DNA of 64,000 nt from Podarcis filfolensis. Lineage: Eukaryota. The stretch's first letter is position 1, and every line of letters starts with the position of its first letter. The translations under genes were made by a program, and so were the position numbers. Location of the stretch: assembly GCA_964270895.1 (NCBI GenBank), contig OZ185438.1; one strand, 5' to 3'. The notes under the pieces are model-generated. The model saw only the letters and a program-made list of their open reading frames with translations. It searched no databases and was not told the origin of the DNA. Below, one piece after another: positions 52,601 through 64,000 of this stretch.

Positions 52601-55600
52601 CATTTTGATTCCTCCCTCCTTTTACACAAGCTGCATTAATTCAAAGATAACCGCTCTTCCCAATGCTGCGTAATTCCACCCCCCTTCACAGAACCTCCCC
52701 CTGATCCTAGTTTTTAATACCGGCTGTTAAGTAGGCTGCTGAAAAACACTACAGCTGACCCAGCCGCTCTTGTTCATACCAGTGGTAACCACAGCAACGG
52801 TAGGGGGGAGGTAACACATGGGCCTGTCATGAATGCTCGCTAATTGAAGGCCAACTTTCCTCCCACAGGGATGAGCAACAAGTGAACCAAAAATATATAA
52901 CGAACGAGGACAAAAGAACACACTGGGTGAGGAAGGAAGAGGTCTGAATACCTCTTGGAAATTTTCAGGCAGAAAATTGAGACATTTTGCACATTTAGAA
53001 ATTTGATAATCCAGGCGCAAGGCAGATGTGACACAAAAGGTTACTTTTATGGGACTATATTTGGGGGGGGATAGAAATTTGAAGGGTACGGTCAACAAAT
53101 ACACAAGGGCTGCCAGGATGCAGCTCTAATATTCTTAAAGGTTTTGGTTTCGGCAATCTGCTTGAGGAAACACACAAGTCTATTCCACTGCCAACATTCA
53201 GTTGCTATTTGCTTCCCAACCACAGTGATGCAGAATGAGAGCATGAGCATTCAGGCTTCCAGCCAAGGGGCAACCAACATTTTTGGGTACATCCAGGGGT
53301 CTCTCTCTTTTCTTCCCCTGCCCCCAAATTGTGTGAGAGCAGAAACTGACATTGGTGCAATTAAAAGAAGCTTGGGGTCGTTGTACCTTACTCCAAAAGA
53401 GGCAGTCAAACCCTCGCCTCATGACCATCTTCTTTAAGGGATAACTTCCTCAGGTTAAATGGTGACCTGAGCTAACCTTCGTTCCTGTACAAAGGTAAGC
53501 AAGGACATTTATTCACCTCTTCTCGTAATTGTACACTGGGAATAGATCTGAGTCTGGCACTTAGTGGAGGTGCCAAACTCAATTCAAAATCAAAAGCAGG
53601 AGAGTACAGAGGAGGAACAAGCTGGCAGGGGAAAATAGCATATTAAGCGATCCAGATAACAGATCATCCATCTCGGCTTCCTGTTTATTATTGCTATTTC
53701 TTGCTGGAAAGGGAACTGCAGACATTTGATAAATCAATTGCAACAGTAGCATAGATTTCAGTGTATTTCACCTCCCCATAAACATATTTTTATCGTTGCG
53801 GGCTCCAAGCCCTCCTGTTTTCATGTGTCAGTAACTCATAGCAACTATCCTCCTGCTAGGCTGACTAGATGGCCCAGTTTATTAGGATTGTCCCAGATGG
53901 TTATTTCCAAATGGCAAATTTGTCCTTGTTTCAATAATAAAAAGAAAATCTAGGACATGCTGTCATTGTCTCTATTCACGCTGCACTGCTGATTATACCT
54001 TTTGTATAAGTACATCCAGCAGCTGCCTCTCTGCCATTTCCCTAAATGCACCTGCTGCCTTAAACCATCAACGGAAGTTTGAGCCAGACACATAATCAAG
54101 TTGCAAGGAGTGGGCAGCAAAGTCTACAGAGAAGGAGCAGGCACTGATCTGGCATAGCATGTACAAAGCAGAGAAAAGACCAGATACGGGGAAGTGAGTT
54201 ACAGTGTTAAAGCAAAGAAAAGATATACTGATCCAAATGGCAGGGGAATAAATCAGAAGGGCAAACTCAAATATGGGGAAGGATGAAGAGAAGTTGTAAA
54301 ATTTTGACAAAGGAAAAATAAATGAGACAAGAGGTAAGTAGGTTATGGAAAAAGGGAAACATCCTATGAGACAAGACACACAAAAAAGGTTTAAAAAACA
54401 TCATGGATGGTCAGCGTGAGGGGGTGAAAACATGCAAATGTAAACACAGTAAAATAGCAAGTGCAGCTAAGCACAGAATAGGAATTTATGATAACATTGT
54501 TTTTGGACATATTGGATTACAGCAGTCTGGTTCTGCAGCTCTCTAATGGGAAAAAGGAACTATTGTTCTTCTAGCGGTGGCAACGTGTGGCTATTTGGCA
54601 AAACCGTAGCACTCGTTGGGCCTCAACATTTAGACATGATCCCATAAGAGCATAAAAACGATGTAGAGAGGAAACGCGTCTCTTGTAAATCAGAGGGGCA
54701 TCCAGGAAGCTACTGAGAGATTTATTGGGAGAGTGTGACCATGTAATGAATTCCTCTTTCCTCCCTCTGCTAGAAATAAACTTCTTCTTTTCTGCCCACC
54801 CCTCTCTTTCTTGTTTTGTCAATCAAGGGAAGAACAGCAGCAGCTATTTGCAGAGATCAAAGTTTTAACAGGCAACACAGACCGCCAAGCAGGCTGTTAC
54901 CATAGAAACCTTAGTAACGGAGGCCTTTGAATTGTGCCGGTATCCTTTGTTAGCAGCATGTGGCCGAGGCTGGCGAGTGAGAAGGAATGATGGGGAAATC
55001 TTTGGACAACAAGCACCACTTCTAAATAGCATTAAAGGAGGGGAGTAGGACTGGGCAGAGGAGACTCAAAGGCTGCTAACAGTGCCATGTGGCCTTGAGA
55101 CAGAAAGGCTGGGGGGGGGGGCGAGTTACAGCACACTGAAGATGCAGACGGGAACTACCACTCCATCAGAAACAGGCATTCACAAATCATGACAAAAAAT
55201 AAATAAGGAGTTACTTTGTTCTACCCCTTTCATATTACTACTACTATGTGTGCTATTCTGTTAAGTTTTACTCAGAGCAGGTCCATTGAAATTAGTCAAC
55301 ATGGCAAAGTTAGGTCCATTAATTTTAATACCACCCAATGAATACCACCCACTGTTTGCTTATTGATTTGTTTATAGGTGTCAGGAGTCAAGCCTGCAGC
55401 AGGATGGTGGGACCTTGGCCCCTCATATAAAGCAAAGATTTAGGCTGTGTGTCACACCGTGCTCTTGCCAAAGAGCCAGAGTCCTTTGTTCTGAATTGGC
55501 CAAACTAATGAAACTCTGAGAAACACATGGCCAGTCTCCCAATGGCTTTTTATTGTTACTGAAAGGCAATAAGGGGTCAGGGATTAGGTATCTGACTGGA

Positions 55601-57304
55601 GAAGAAGCAGAGGAAGGAGTGCCTAACCCTTTCCCCTCGGGCCATTTTTCTCTATATACTACATTTGCCCTTTCCGTCATCATGCTGCTGAACAAATAAA
55701 CAACGAAGAAGAGAGCAGGCAGACAGGTGGCCCAGGCAGGCCTTTCCATGCACTTCCTGCCAGGCTGGGGTAGGAAGAAGAGGGAGGGCAGACAGACACC
55801 ACAGGGAGGCAGGTGAGCAAACAGACCAGTGGAACAGGCAGGCAGGTGGCCCAGGAAGTTCTTCCCAGATTCCTCCTGTTGTTGCTGCCATCACCACTGG
55901 TGTGGGGAGGGGAGGGGAATGAAGGGAAGAAAGTTGCTCTCCACTTTGTCCTGCCGCCATCACCACCTTGTCAACTTTCTCTCCTTCATCCCCCCCCCCC
56001 AGTGGCAACAGCGACAGAAGCAAAGAAGGGATGAGGTTAGGGAGCTGCAAGGGGTTGAGAGGGTTTTTGGTGGCAAGCTGTGTGGGAAGGGGTTCAGGGC
56101 CAACTATGAGGCAGGTGTTGGCAGTAGGTATGTTTGCGAGCAACACAAGCAGCCTCAGAAGTCCCTAGTGCAAGTGAAAGAAGGGGCAGGGAGAAGCCAT
56201 GCCATGAGGAGAAACCCTCTTTGCATATATCCTTCCTGCTTGGACAGGAATAATTTTTATTAAATTTTCAATACAATTATACAAATGTCACCATATCAGA
56301 AAATGGACAGCTCCTTTATCAGTGAGTGTGTGGTAACACCACTTTTGAATGGCAGACAAACTCAGCTCCCATCCACAGTGGCTGCCCACCATCTTAACTT
56401 CCCCCAAGTGCAATGCCTGTCCCTGGCCTATTGAGATTGGACAGCCAAGTTCAGCTTCCATTCAAGAGTAGTACTGCTACCTGCTCTCTGCTCTTTGGCC
56501 ACCAAAGGACCCAGCAGCAGGCAGCTGGGTTAGGCCAATGAAGGACCCTACTGAGCCCCTGGGGCCTTCAGCCAATGTCTGACCTGGCTGGCTGTTGGTG
56601 CTACGCCTGCTATTCATCACTAATCTCCCAGTCAGGATCAACATGAAGCAATAATATGGGCAGGACCTGCAAACAAGGCACTTTTAATTGTAGGCACAGG
56701 AGCCCCCAAAAGCTTCAATAGCACTTTGCCTGTTCACACTAGAACAGCTGGTGCTGCAATTACATGTTGTTGCAAAAAGGGAAAGAAGCCCACCGCCACA
56801 AATCAAGTCTGAAAGAAATACGGGAGGGTAGACAACAAAGAAAATATTTGACTGCATTTATTTAGCAACATCATCTGGAATTCTCTATAAAAAGTAAATG
56901 GGTAGAGGATGGCAGTTCCACAGAAAGGAGTCTGTGTAGAAGCGACCTCAGACGCTATTCATTGCAGCTGCTTGAAACGCAGTTTCTTCACCCAACCTTA
57001 CTTCCTCTGTCTGATCATACTCAGACCACCACTATTGATTTGGCAACCACAGGATCAGATAATAGACCTATAACTCTGAGGGAGCAGGCAACAAGAGTGT
57101 CTGCTGTGAAGCCTTCTTCCCCAAACTACCACTTCCTCCACACAAGTCTTCACTTCTGCTTTGGTGACAGGGGATGTGATAAGACATCTACTCTCCAGAG
57201 AGTGCCAGTTGCTAATCTGCAGTTTAGCATTTCAATGGACTATGTTGTGGGATAACAGCATCCCACAACATATCAAAGATACCAACACCTGTTTTAATCA
57301 CAAG

Positions 57305-57550
57305 TACAGTGGTACCTCAGGTTAAGAACTTAATTAGTTCTTGAGGTCCGTTCTTAACCTGAAACTGTTCTTAACCTGAGGTACCACTTTAACAAATGGG
57401 GCCTCCTGCTGCAGCTGCACCACCGCCGTGCGATTTCTGTTCTCATCCTGAAGCAAAGTTCTTAACCCAAGGTAATATTTCTGGGTTAGTGGAGTCTGTA
57501 ACCTGAAGCGTATGTAATCTGAAGCATCTGTAACCCAAGGTACCACTGTA
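57305..57550. mobile_element. Tc1/mariner MITE family 1
   Basis: TIRs and TA TSD. Confidence 0.9.
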
Positions 57551-57851
57551 GTTGCTGATATATGATTGGCAGCTTTTCAGCAAAACAATATAAAATCAGT
57601 GGTTCTTTTAACTATCATATCTTTATCATATTTTAAGTAGAAATTCACTTGAAGGATTCCTCTAACTTTCACATCCATATCACCTTGTCTAATGCATTTT
57701 TGCTGAGGCAGAAGAGATCACTAAAACTGACCTAAAGTAGCATGTCATCCAGCAGGGCCCTCACCTCGCGTGGAGTCAGACTTTCCTCTCCACAGAGGCT
57801 TTTCACCCACTCTGCTTGCAGCTATTTTATTCTATCCTATAGGGTTGTCAC

Positions 57852-58140
57852 ATGGAAGATGAAGCAAGTTTGTTTTTTCCTGCTCTGGAGGCTAGGACCC
57901 AAACCAATGGATTCAAAGTTACAAGAAAGGAGATTCTGGATAAATATCAGGAAGAACTTTCTGACAGTACGAGCTCTTCAACAGTGGAGCAGGCTTCCAT
58001 GAGAGGCAGTGGGCTCTCTTTCCTTGGAGGTTTTTAAGCAGATGTTGGATGGCCACCTGCCATGTATGATTTAGTTGAAATTACTGCATTGCGGGGGTTG
58101 GACTAGATGACCCTTGGTGTCCTTTCCAACAATGGGATTG
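57852..58140 (+). mobile_element. CR1 LINE 3' fragment
   Basis: RRFWINIRKNFLTVRALQQW ORF2 end plus gggttggactagatgacc 3' motif. Confidence 0.8.
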
Positions 58141-61100
58141 TAAACGTATCCCATCAACACATACACAGACAGGAGGCATGAACTGATAAAGTAAGAAGGT
58201 GTATTTCCCTAGCTGGTGATGACAAAACGATCCTTTCTGAAATCTGATGGTAGGGAATCTTCCCATTTCTTGTCCTAAGGGGGGGGGGGGCGGAGATATT
58301 CTGGCCACCTCCAAACTGTCAGTATTTTGCAGGAGAGATTTAAATAACATGCCAGAAATTTAGGTTTCTGCAGTTAAAATGGATTAAAACATCCTGTCAC
58401 AACATATCTACTTTATAAAACAAAAAACAAGACTTCTGGGATAGGAAAGTGACGGGGAAATGTACTTAATTGTGTCAGATATTTGATTAATTAACAAGAA
58501 GACATACAGTATAACCACCACACGCAAGCAGTGTGATGCCAGTGAGCAACCTTTTGATAAAGTCTTGGTTTTCTACAAATGCACTTATGAAAAATCTTGT
58601 GAAACTGAATGCTCACTTTTATTTATCTAAATCAGAATATATGTGTTTTCTGCCTCAACCGGAAAGATTCAGATGTTGCTCTGTCTGTATGATTACGGTA
58701 GTTATTTTCTACTTCTGCAGTTTTAAGAAATATTGCACAAAATGCGCAAATAAAACTTTTGAAATAAATTTGTCAACAGGCTAGTGAAGTAGGAATGTTT
58801 TAAGTTATCTCAGTTATGTAGGATTACCCATAAACATCTATTTGCTCTTAAATAACCCATATTTCATGATTTTCAAGAGCTTTACTCTTGCCGCATAAAA
58901 AGCTACCCTTCTCACATAATTCCTGGGGATAAGGCAGCCACCAAGGTGTTGCATAATTTATAGGCAGCCCCTAATCCCTTTCCTGTTCTAGTTTTGCATC
59001 CCCCTCTAAGGGAATAAGCCTCCCATCTGAATATCAGCAAATAGAAAAACAAAAGCCTCTCACTCTGACTCTCCAAGAACTAAGATATTTTATCTAAGCC
59101 TTTTCTACAGTTCATTAATAGTGGGATGGGGTTTAAATGTCCCAAGAAGCTACAGAACCGCAAACAAATGGTCGTTTCTAAGTGTTTGTTTTCTCCTTTG
59201 AATGATGAGAAGAATGCTAAGCATTGGCAATGAAATACTAATGGGTGTGCAAAAACAAAAAACAAAAAAATGCATTTTTATAATGTATTATGCACACATA
59301 CAAGAATATAAGTAGTATATGTTTCTGGTCTTGGATCAGACCAAGTTGGAGCCAATCATTTGCTTCTGAGAAGCCCAAAGCAGGGCATAGAGACCCCTGA
59401 TGCTGCCCTCCCCTATAACAACTGGTGTTAAAAATATTGGAATTTCAGCTCTGGTCGTCCGAGCTGATATGGCCCATCTTCTTTGAGCCCACCCAGCAGA
59501 GCATTAAAACAACAAAGTCCACAACGCAAGGATGAGATAGTATGGGCTACTCGCCATGCTTTATTACTAAGCTATGCAGAGAGCAAAGAAATATACATGT
59601 TCTCTCTATGAGAAGCAGAAAGCAACTGAACGAAAGAAACAAGAAACCAGTAACGTCACATCCCGTCTCCCTTTCCTGTGAGAATCCAACAGTATCTGGA
59701 CTCTGGAATGTAAACAGTCCTATGACTGCAAGCAGCTGCTCAGTGAGGAAACAGAAACTAACATAAACTGCTTCTGAAGTGGAAGTTCCAATTATACGCA
59801 ATCCTATGCATGTTTACGTAGAAATAAGCCAAACTGAATTTAGTTGTACTTGGCCCCGGGACTGCAGTCTTAGCCATTATGACTAACATCCTTTGATAGC
59901 CTTACTCACTCCTACTACACTGATATTTATGTAGTCCCATCTAAACCCAAGGCCATTACCACACTTTATATACATTGTGTGTGACATGCACTACATCTTC
60001 TGCCAACTGATTTCATTGAGCAACCTCAGGTTTTAGGATTGTGAGAGCAGAAGCAGAGAGGAACCTCCTACCAACTAACATGGCCAATTTGGGATTTCCG
60101 GAGGGCACCTGTGCAAATGGGTACAAAGAGCATACATGCTAAGTGAACATGCTTGAGGAGGGAGTCAGTATTGGCACAGCAGGTTTTATCTCATCAGGGG
60201 TGCCAGAAACAGGAAACTTTCAATAAATAAGAAAGCCCTCAGAGGCCTAGCCAGCTTCTTATTTTGGAGTATGGGATCCTTCTCTCTCTCTCTCTCTCTC
60301 TCTGGAGTCCAAGACTTCGTTCATCACAGGGTATCGCTAAGTGACACAAACATAATCTCTCTTCATCATCATAATCTCCCAGATAACCCCTCAAGTCCCT
60401 CAACTAGTTTCCCCTCTTTCCTGAACTCCAGTGTGGCTCAGCACTGGGCTGAACCTGACCTTTCTTCCTTCTTTCTGAATATAGCAGGGCCTCTTTGAAC
60501 CTTGCCTTTGCCTTCTCTGAGACATGCTCCTACTCTTCCTCTTTGGCTGCTCTCCTTTTCCCCTGCCAGCCACCCAGTGGGACGAACGGAAGTGCATCAG
60601 ATGTCCAAACACCACAGCACTTCAGGTCCATCCATGTTTACATCTGGTTATTTCTGACCTCCCACATGATGGTTTAAAATAGAGTTGAGCCAAAATTATC
60701 TGCAGACGTATTAACAGTAGTCTGTGAAGTGGATCTAATGGAGACTGTGGAATCCAAAAGTTACCCTTCCGCTCATGAAACAGAAGGACTCCTTGCAGCA
60801 GAAGATGATCTTTGGGTCCTACAAGTGACTTGTGGCTGATAGAACCAACATATGACATCCACAGTGAATCTGCTGAAAACATCTGGGAACTGATCAGGCA
60901 CCACTGAAGTTGGATTTGCACAGTTCATGCTGTAGAAATTTGCCCCAAAGTTCCCTTCTGCTGCTTCCAGGGCTGCCATTTTGCATTGTACTTTGAAGAA
61001 AAGGGCAATAGGATACCTGGCAAACCATTTGCACCAATCCCACCATTTCAGGGGGGTGCTATTGTTTTTTAATATTTTTTTTTAACAATTGTTATTTCTC

Positions 61101-61598
61101 TGCCCAATTTTTCTAAGAATTTTAGACAGCTGTTTAAATTTTGAAAACAATGCAAAAGCTGTGTTTTTAACTTGTAGGCTATATTAATGAAATTCATTGT
61201 GCATGTTGGCACTGCAACGTTTAGTGTAAAAGTATTTTAAATTATGCACTTATGATTTTTGTTTTAATGTGAGCCATCTGGAGTTTCAAAGAAAACAGGA
61301 TACAATCCTTTAAGTAAACACTGATCTTGGAATACTGCTTCAGTGGAACTTTATCATTTAAATTTAGGAGGAAAGAATCTGGCACTCTCCATCCTTTGTT
61401 ACATGTTGCCTTACAACAGTGCGTAGTGATTGCAAAACAATACTGGCTTGTCTCTCTTTAGATCAGCTTCACTCTGACACAAAGCAACAATGCAAGGAAC
61501 AGAAAGAACAGAGAAGGACACCCAGGAAATGTTGCAAATCTTTTCACATATAGACTAATACCATGCATTTAAAAACAATTCCCAGAGTGGTTTACCAA

Positions 61599-61842
61599 TA
61601 CAGTGGTACCTCGGGTTAAGTACTTAATTCGTTCTGGAGGTCCGTTCTTAAACTGAAACTGTTCTTAACCTGAAGCACCACTTTAGCTAATGGGGACTCC
61701 CGCTGCCGCCGGGCCGCCGGAGCACGATTTCTGTTCTCATCCTGAAGCAAAGTTCTTAACCCAAGGTACTATTTCTGGGTTAGCGGAGTCTGTAACCTGA
61801 AGCGTCTGTAACCTGAAGCGTATGTAACCCGAGGTACCACTG
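61599..61842. mobile_element. Tc1/mariner MITE family 1
   Basis: TIRs present; right TSD reads CA instead of TA. Confidence 0.9.
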
Positions 61843-62066
61843 CAACTCTCTCTTCCCAGAGAACTCTGGCAATTGTAGCTCTACAAAGGGCATAGGGGAT
61901 CTCCTAGCAACTCTCAGCACCCTTAACAAACTACACTTCCCAGGACTCTTTGGTAGGAACCAGATGGTGTAACAGTGCTTTAAATGTATGGCGTGGATGT
62001 GACCTTAGATAGGTACATAGAAATTAGTAGAGAAGTAGGCTGTGTTGAATGGAAAAGTAAGCTCAC

Positions 62067-62186
62067 CTAGAACAAGCAGCTCCACTGACTCTTCCGTCTT
62101 GCCCTCCACATCGTCAGGTGTGATAATGAGGCAGTAATACAACCCACTGTCTCCCCACATCAGTTTTCCAATGTGGAGGTCTGCAT
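62067..62186 (-). CDS. ILDR2: ILDR2 exon 3, Ig domain C-terminal part
   Basis: ttttcag acceptor, GTGAG donor, 120 bp; DADLHIGKLMWGDSGLYYCLIITPDDVEGKTEESVELLVL. Confidence 0.97.
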
Positions 62187-63062
62187 CTGAAAAACAATAT
62201 AAGAGAAATAGTAGAGTCAGAAACACAGAGAAAAGGTGAAGGACTATAAACAAGGCTTTCACTAACAGTTGTTACTGGCAGGAGTGCATTTTTCTTCCTT
62301 AGAGAAATAAGCACACTCCAGTGAGCCACAGTGCACTCCAGAGCGTCAGCAAACTCCGCTGGACAGTGATTTGCATCCAGGAGACCAACTTCCTATTTAT
62401 TGAGGAACACACCAGATTGTCTTTTCCACAATGAAAGTAGGACACATATAAACTTATCTCACAATGCCATTTGTTCCCATGCCCTTCAACACGGAAGCAA
62501 GGTATAGGCCCATTCACATCACAGGCTCCTGCCCCAATCCACATATACAACACAAACATCTGTAGGGAGGGGGCCTTCACATACAGTTGAACATGCAATG
62601 GCTTCTTTGGAATCTAGGATCTGGGTGGTCAGGGTTCCGGACCACAAGAAAGCCTTAATGCAGTGCAAAGTGATTGTGAATAATTTTTATTTCTACAGGA
62701 AGGGACATACACCTCAACAACACACACGAAGAGAAAGATCTTCTATTTTACCAAGGTTTTTACAACTTAATTTTTGCTTATTGTTTTACACTGCCATTAG
62801 ATGTTTTTACATCTAAGATCTCTCTGCCTTGCTAGTTTTCATGTTTTATTGAAATTCGTACTTTAGCCGTTTCGCAGGTTTTTTAAATGTAAACTGCCCT
62901 GGGAATATGACAAGAGTGGAATATACATGCCTATAATAAATAGCATTAAATAAGCACACTGATCCTCATAAGAGAGATCCGAAACACTGATGTAATTTTC
63001 TACCATTCATAATAGCCAAAGAACCTTTCCCATAATTAATAAACTGCTAGGCAGGCAGTTAC

Positions 63063-63395
63063 CATGGAGAATGGTGACATCTCTTCCCTTGTAGAATTCT
63101 CCAACTGTGACCGACGGGCCCTGCTTGGAAGCCACAATGCGGACCGTTCTTCTGCTGTCGACGCAGTCCAAGTATGGATCCCATTCCAGGTTCCTCTTGC
63201 TCACAGCCTGTAAGCCTGCAGAGACCACTCCCAGAGCTTCTCCCATGCGGTCTTGGCAATATGATTTGAACTTCCACTGCACCACAGCTGGTTGTGTGGA
63301 GGAAGTTGAAAAGTGGCATCGAAGCACGACAGACTGAAAGAGCATGGCCACCTTTTTCTTTTCCGGCACCATGACCTGAAGCCCTTCAGTCACAG
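63063..63395 (-). CDS. ILDR2: ILDR2 (angulin-3) coding exon 2, Ig-V domain N-terminal part
   Basis: Acceptor ttgtag at 63396-63397, donor GTAAC; 333 bp, phase 1-1. Encodes VTEGLQVMVPEKKKVAMLFQSVVLRCHFSTSS...EWDPYLDCVDSRRTVRIVASKQG...ILH, closely matching ILDR2 as I recall it. Confidence 0.97.
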
Positions 63396-63575
63396 CTACA
63401 AGACAAAAAGTATGAACGTTATTGATTTGTGAGGTATCAACAATCTGTTCAGTGGTTCTGATCAAGACAGAATGTTATACGGGAGATTGCCATCTGCTTT
63501 TGGTGCTAAGAAGAAAATGTGCTGGAGAAATACTGGCAGCAAGGCAATAGTGCTATTTAATGCATCAAAACAATG

Positions 63576-64000
63576 CAGTGGTACCTCAGGTTAAGAACTT
63601 ACCGTATTTTTTGCTCTATAAGACTCACTTTTCCCCTCCTAAATAGTAAGGGGGAATGTGTGTGCGTCTTATGGAACGAATGCAGGCTGTGCAGCTATCC
63701 CAGAAGCCAGAACAGCAAGAGGGATTGCTGCTTTCACTGCGCAGCGATCCCTCTTGCTGTTCTGGCTTCTGAGATTCAGAATATTTTTTTTCTTGTTTTC
63801 CTCCTCCAAAAACTAGGTGCGTCTTGTGGTCTGGTGCGTCTTATAGAGCGAAAAATACGGTAATTCGTTCTGGAGGTCTGTTCTTTACCTGAGACTGTTC
63901 TTAACCTGAAGCACCACTTTAGCTAATGGGGCCTCCCACTGCTGCCGTGCTGCCACTGCACGATTTCTGTTCTCATCCTGAAGCAAAGTTCTTAACCCGA
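63576..64000. mobile_element. MITE family 1 (runs off the window) with a nested family-4-type MITE at 63600-63862
   Basis: The host sequence ggttaagaact|TA|attcg is split by a CCGTATTTTT...AAAAATACGG element with duplicated TA. Confidence 0.9.

Noticed and set aside
63007-63465. Assignment as ILDR1 or LSR
   Set aside because: The exon peptides (KKKVAMLFQ, GRTGLLADLLPSFAVEIMP, C-terminal TRMSLVV) match ILDR2.

Overview
Eukaryotic (vertebrate) DNA, most likely a squamate, probably a lacertid lizard; this is inferred from Squam-type SINEs, L2/CR1 3' ends and dense TA-flanked Tc1/mariner MITEs. No prokaryotic features or CRISPR arrays. All host genes lie on the minus strand. (1) ILDR2 coding exons 2-10 (63395 down to 36203; exon 1 is beyond the right edge), with all junctions GT-AG and in phase, and a 13-Gln tract in exon 9. 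(2) A complete, hand-assembled 365-aa CD2-family-like type I receptor ('gene A', 26163 down to 12010). It has a signal peptide, two tandemly duplicated V-type Ig exons of 309 bp each with four conserved non-canonical Cys, no C2 domain, a Glu in the transmembrane helix and a tyrosine-free tail. (3) The first two exons of a second CD2-family-like gene ('gene B', CD58/CD48-like, Cys-rich V domain; 4271 down to 2782) that runs off the left edge. Between them are a decayed C2H2 zinc-finger pseudogene, two young 5'-truncated LINEs with target-site duplications (RTE-X-like and L1), a Gypsy 5' LTR with PBS and gag stub, SINEs and about 13 MITEs. The most interesting candidate system is the adjacent pair of atypical CD2/CD58-like receptors next to ILDR2. 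Family assignments rest on remembered motifs, not database searches.
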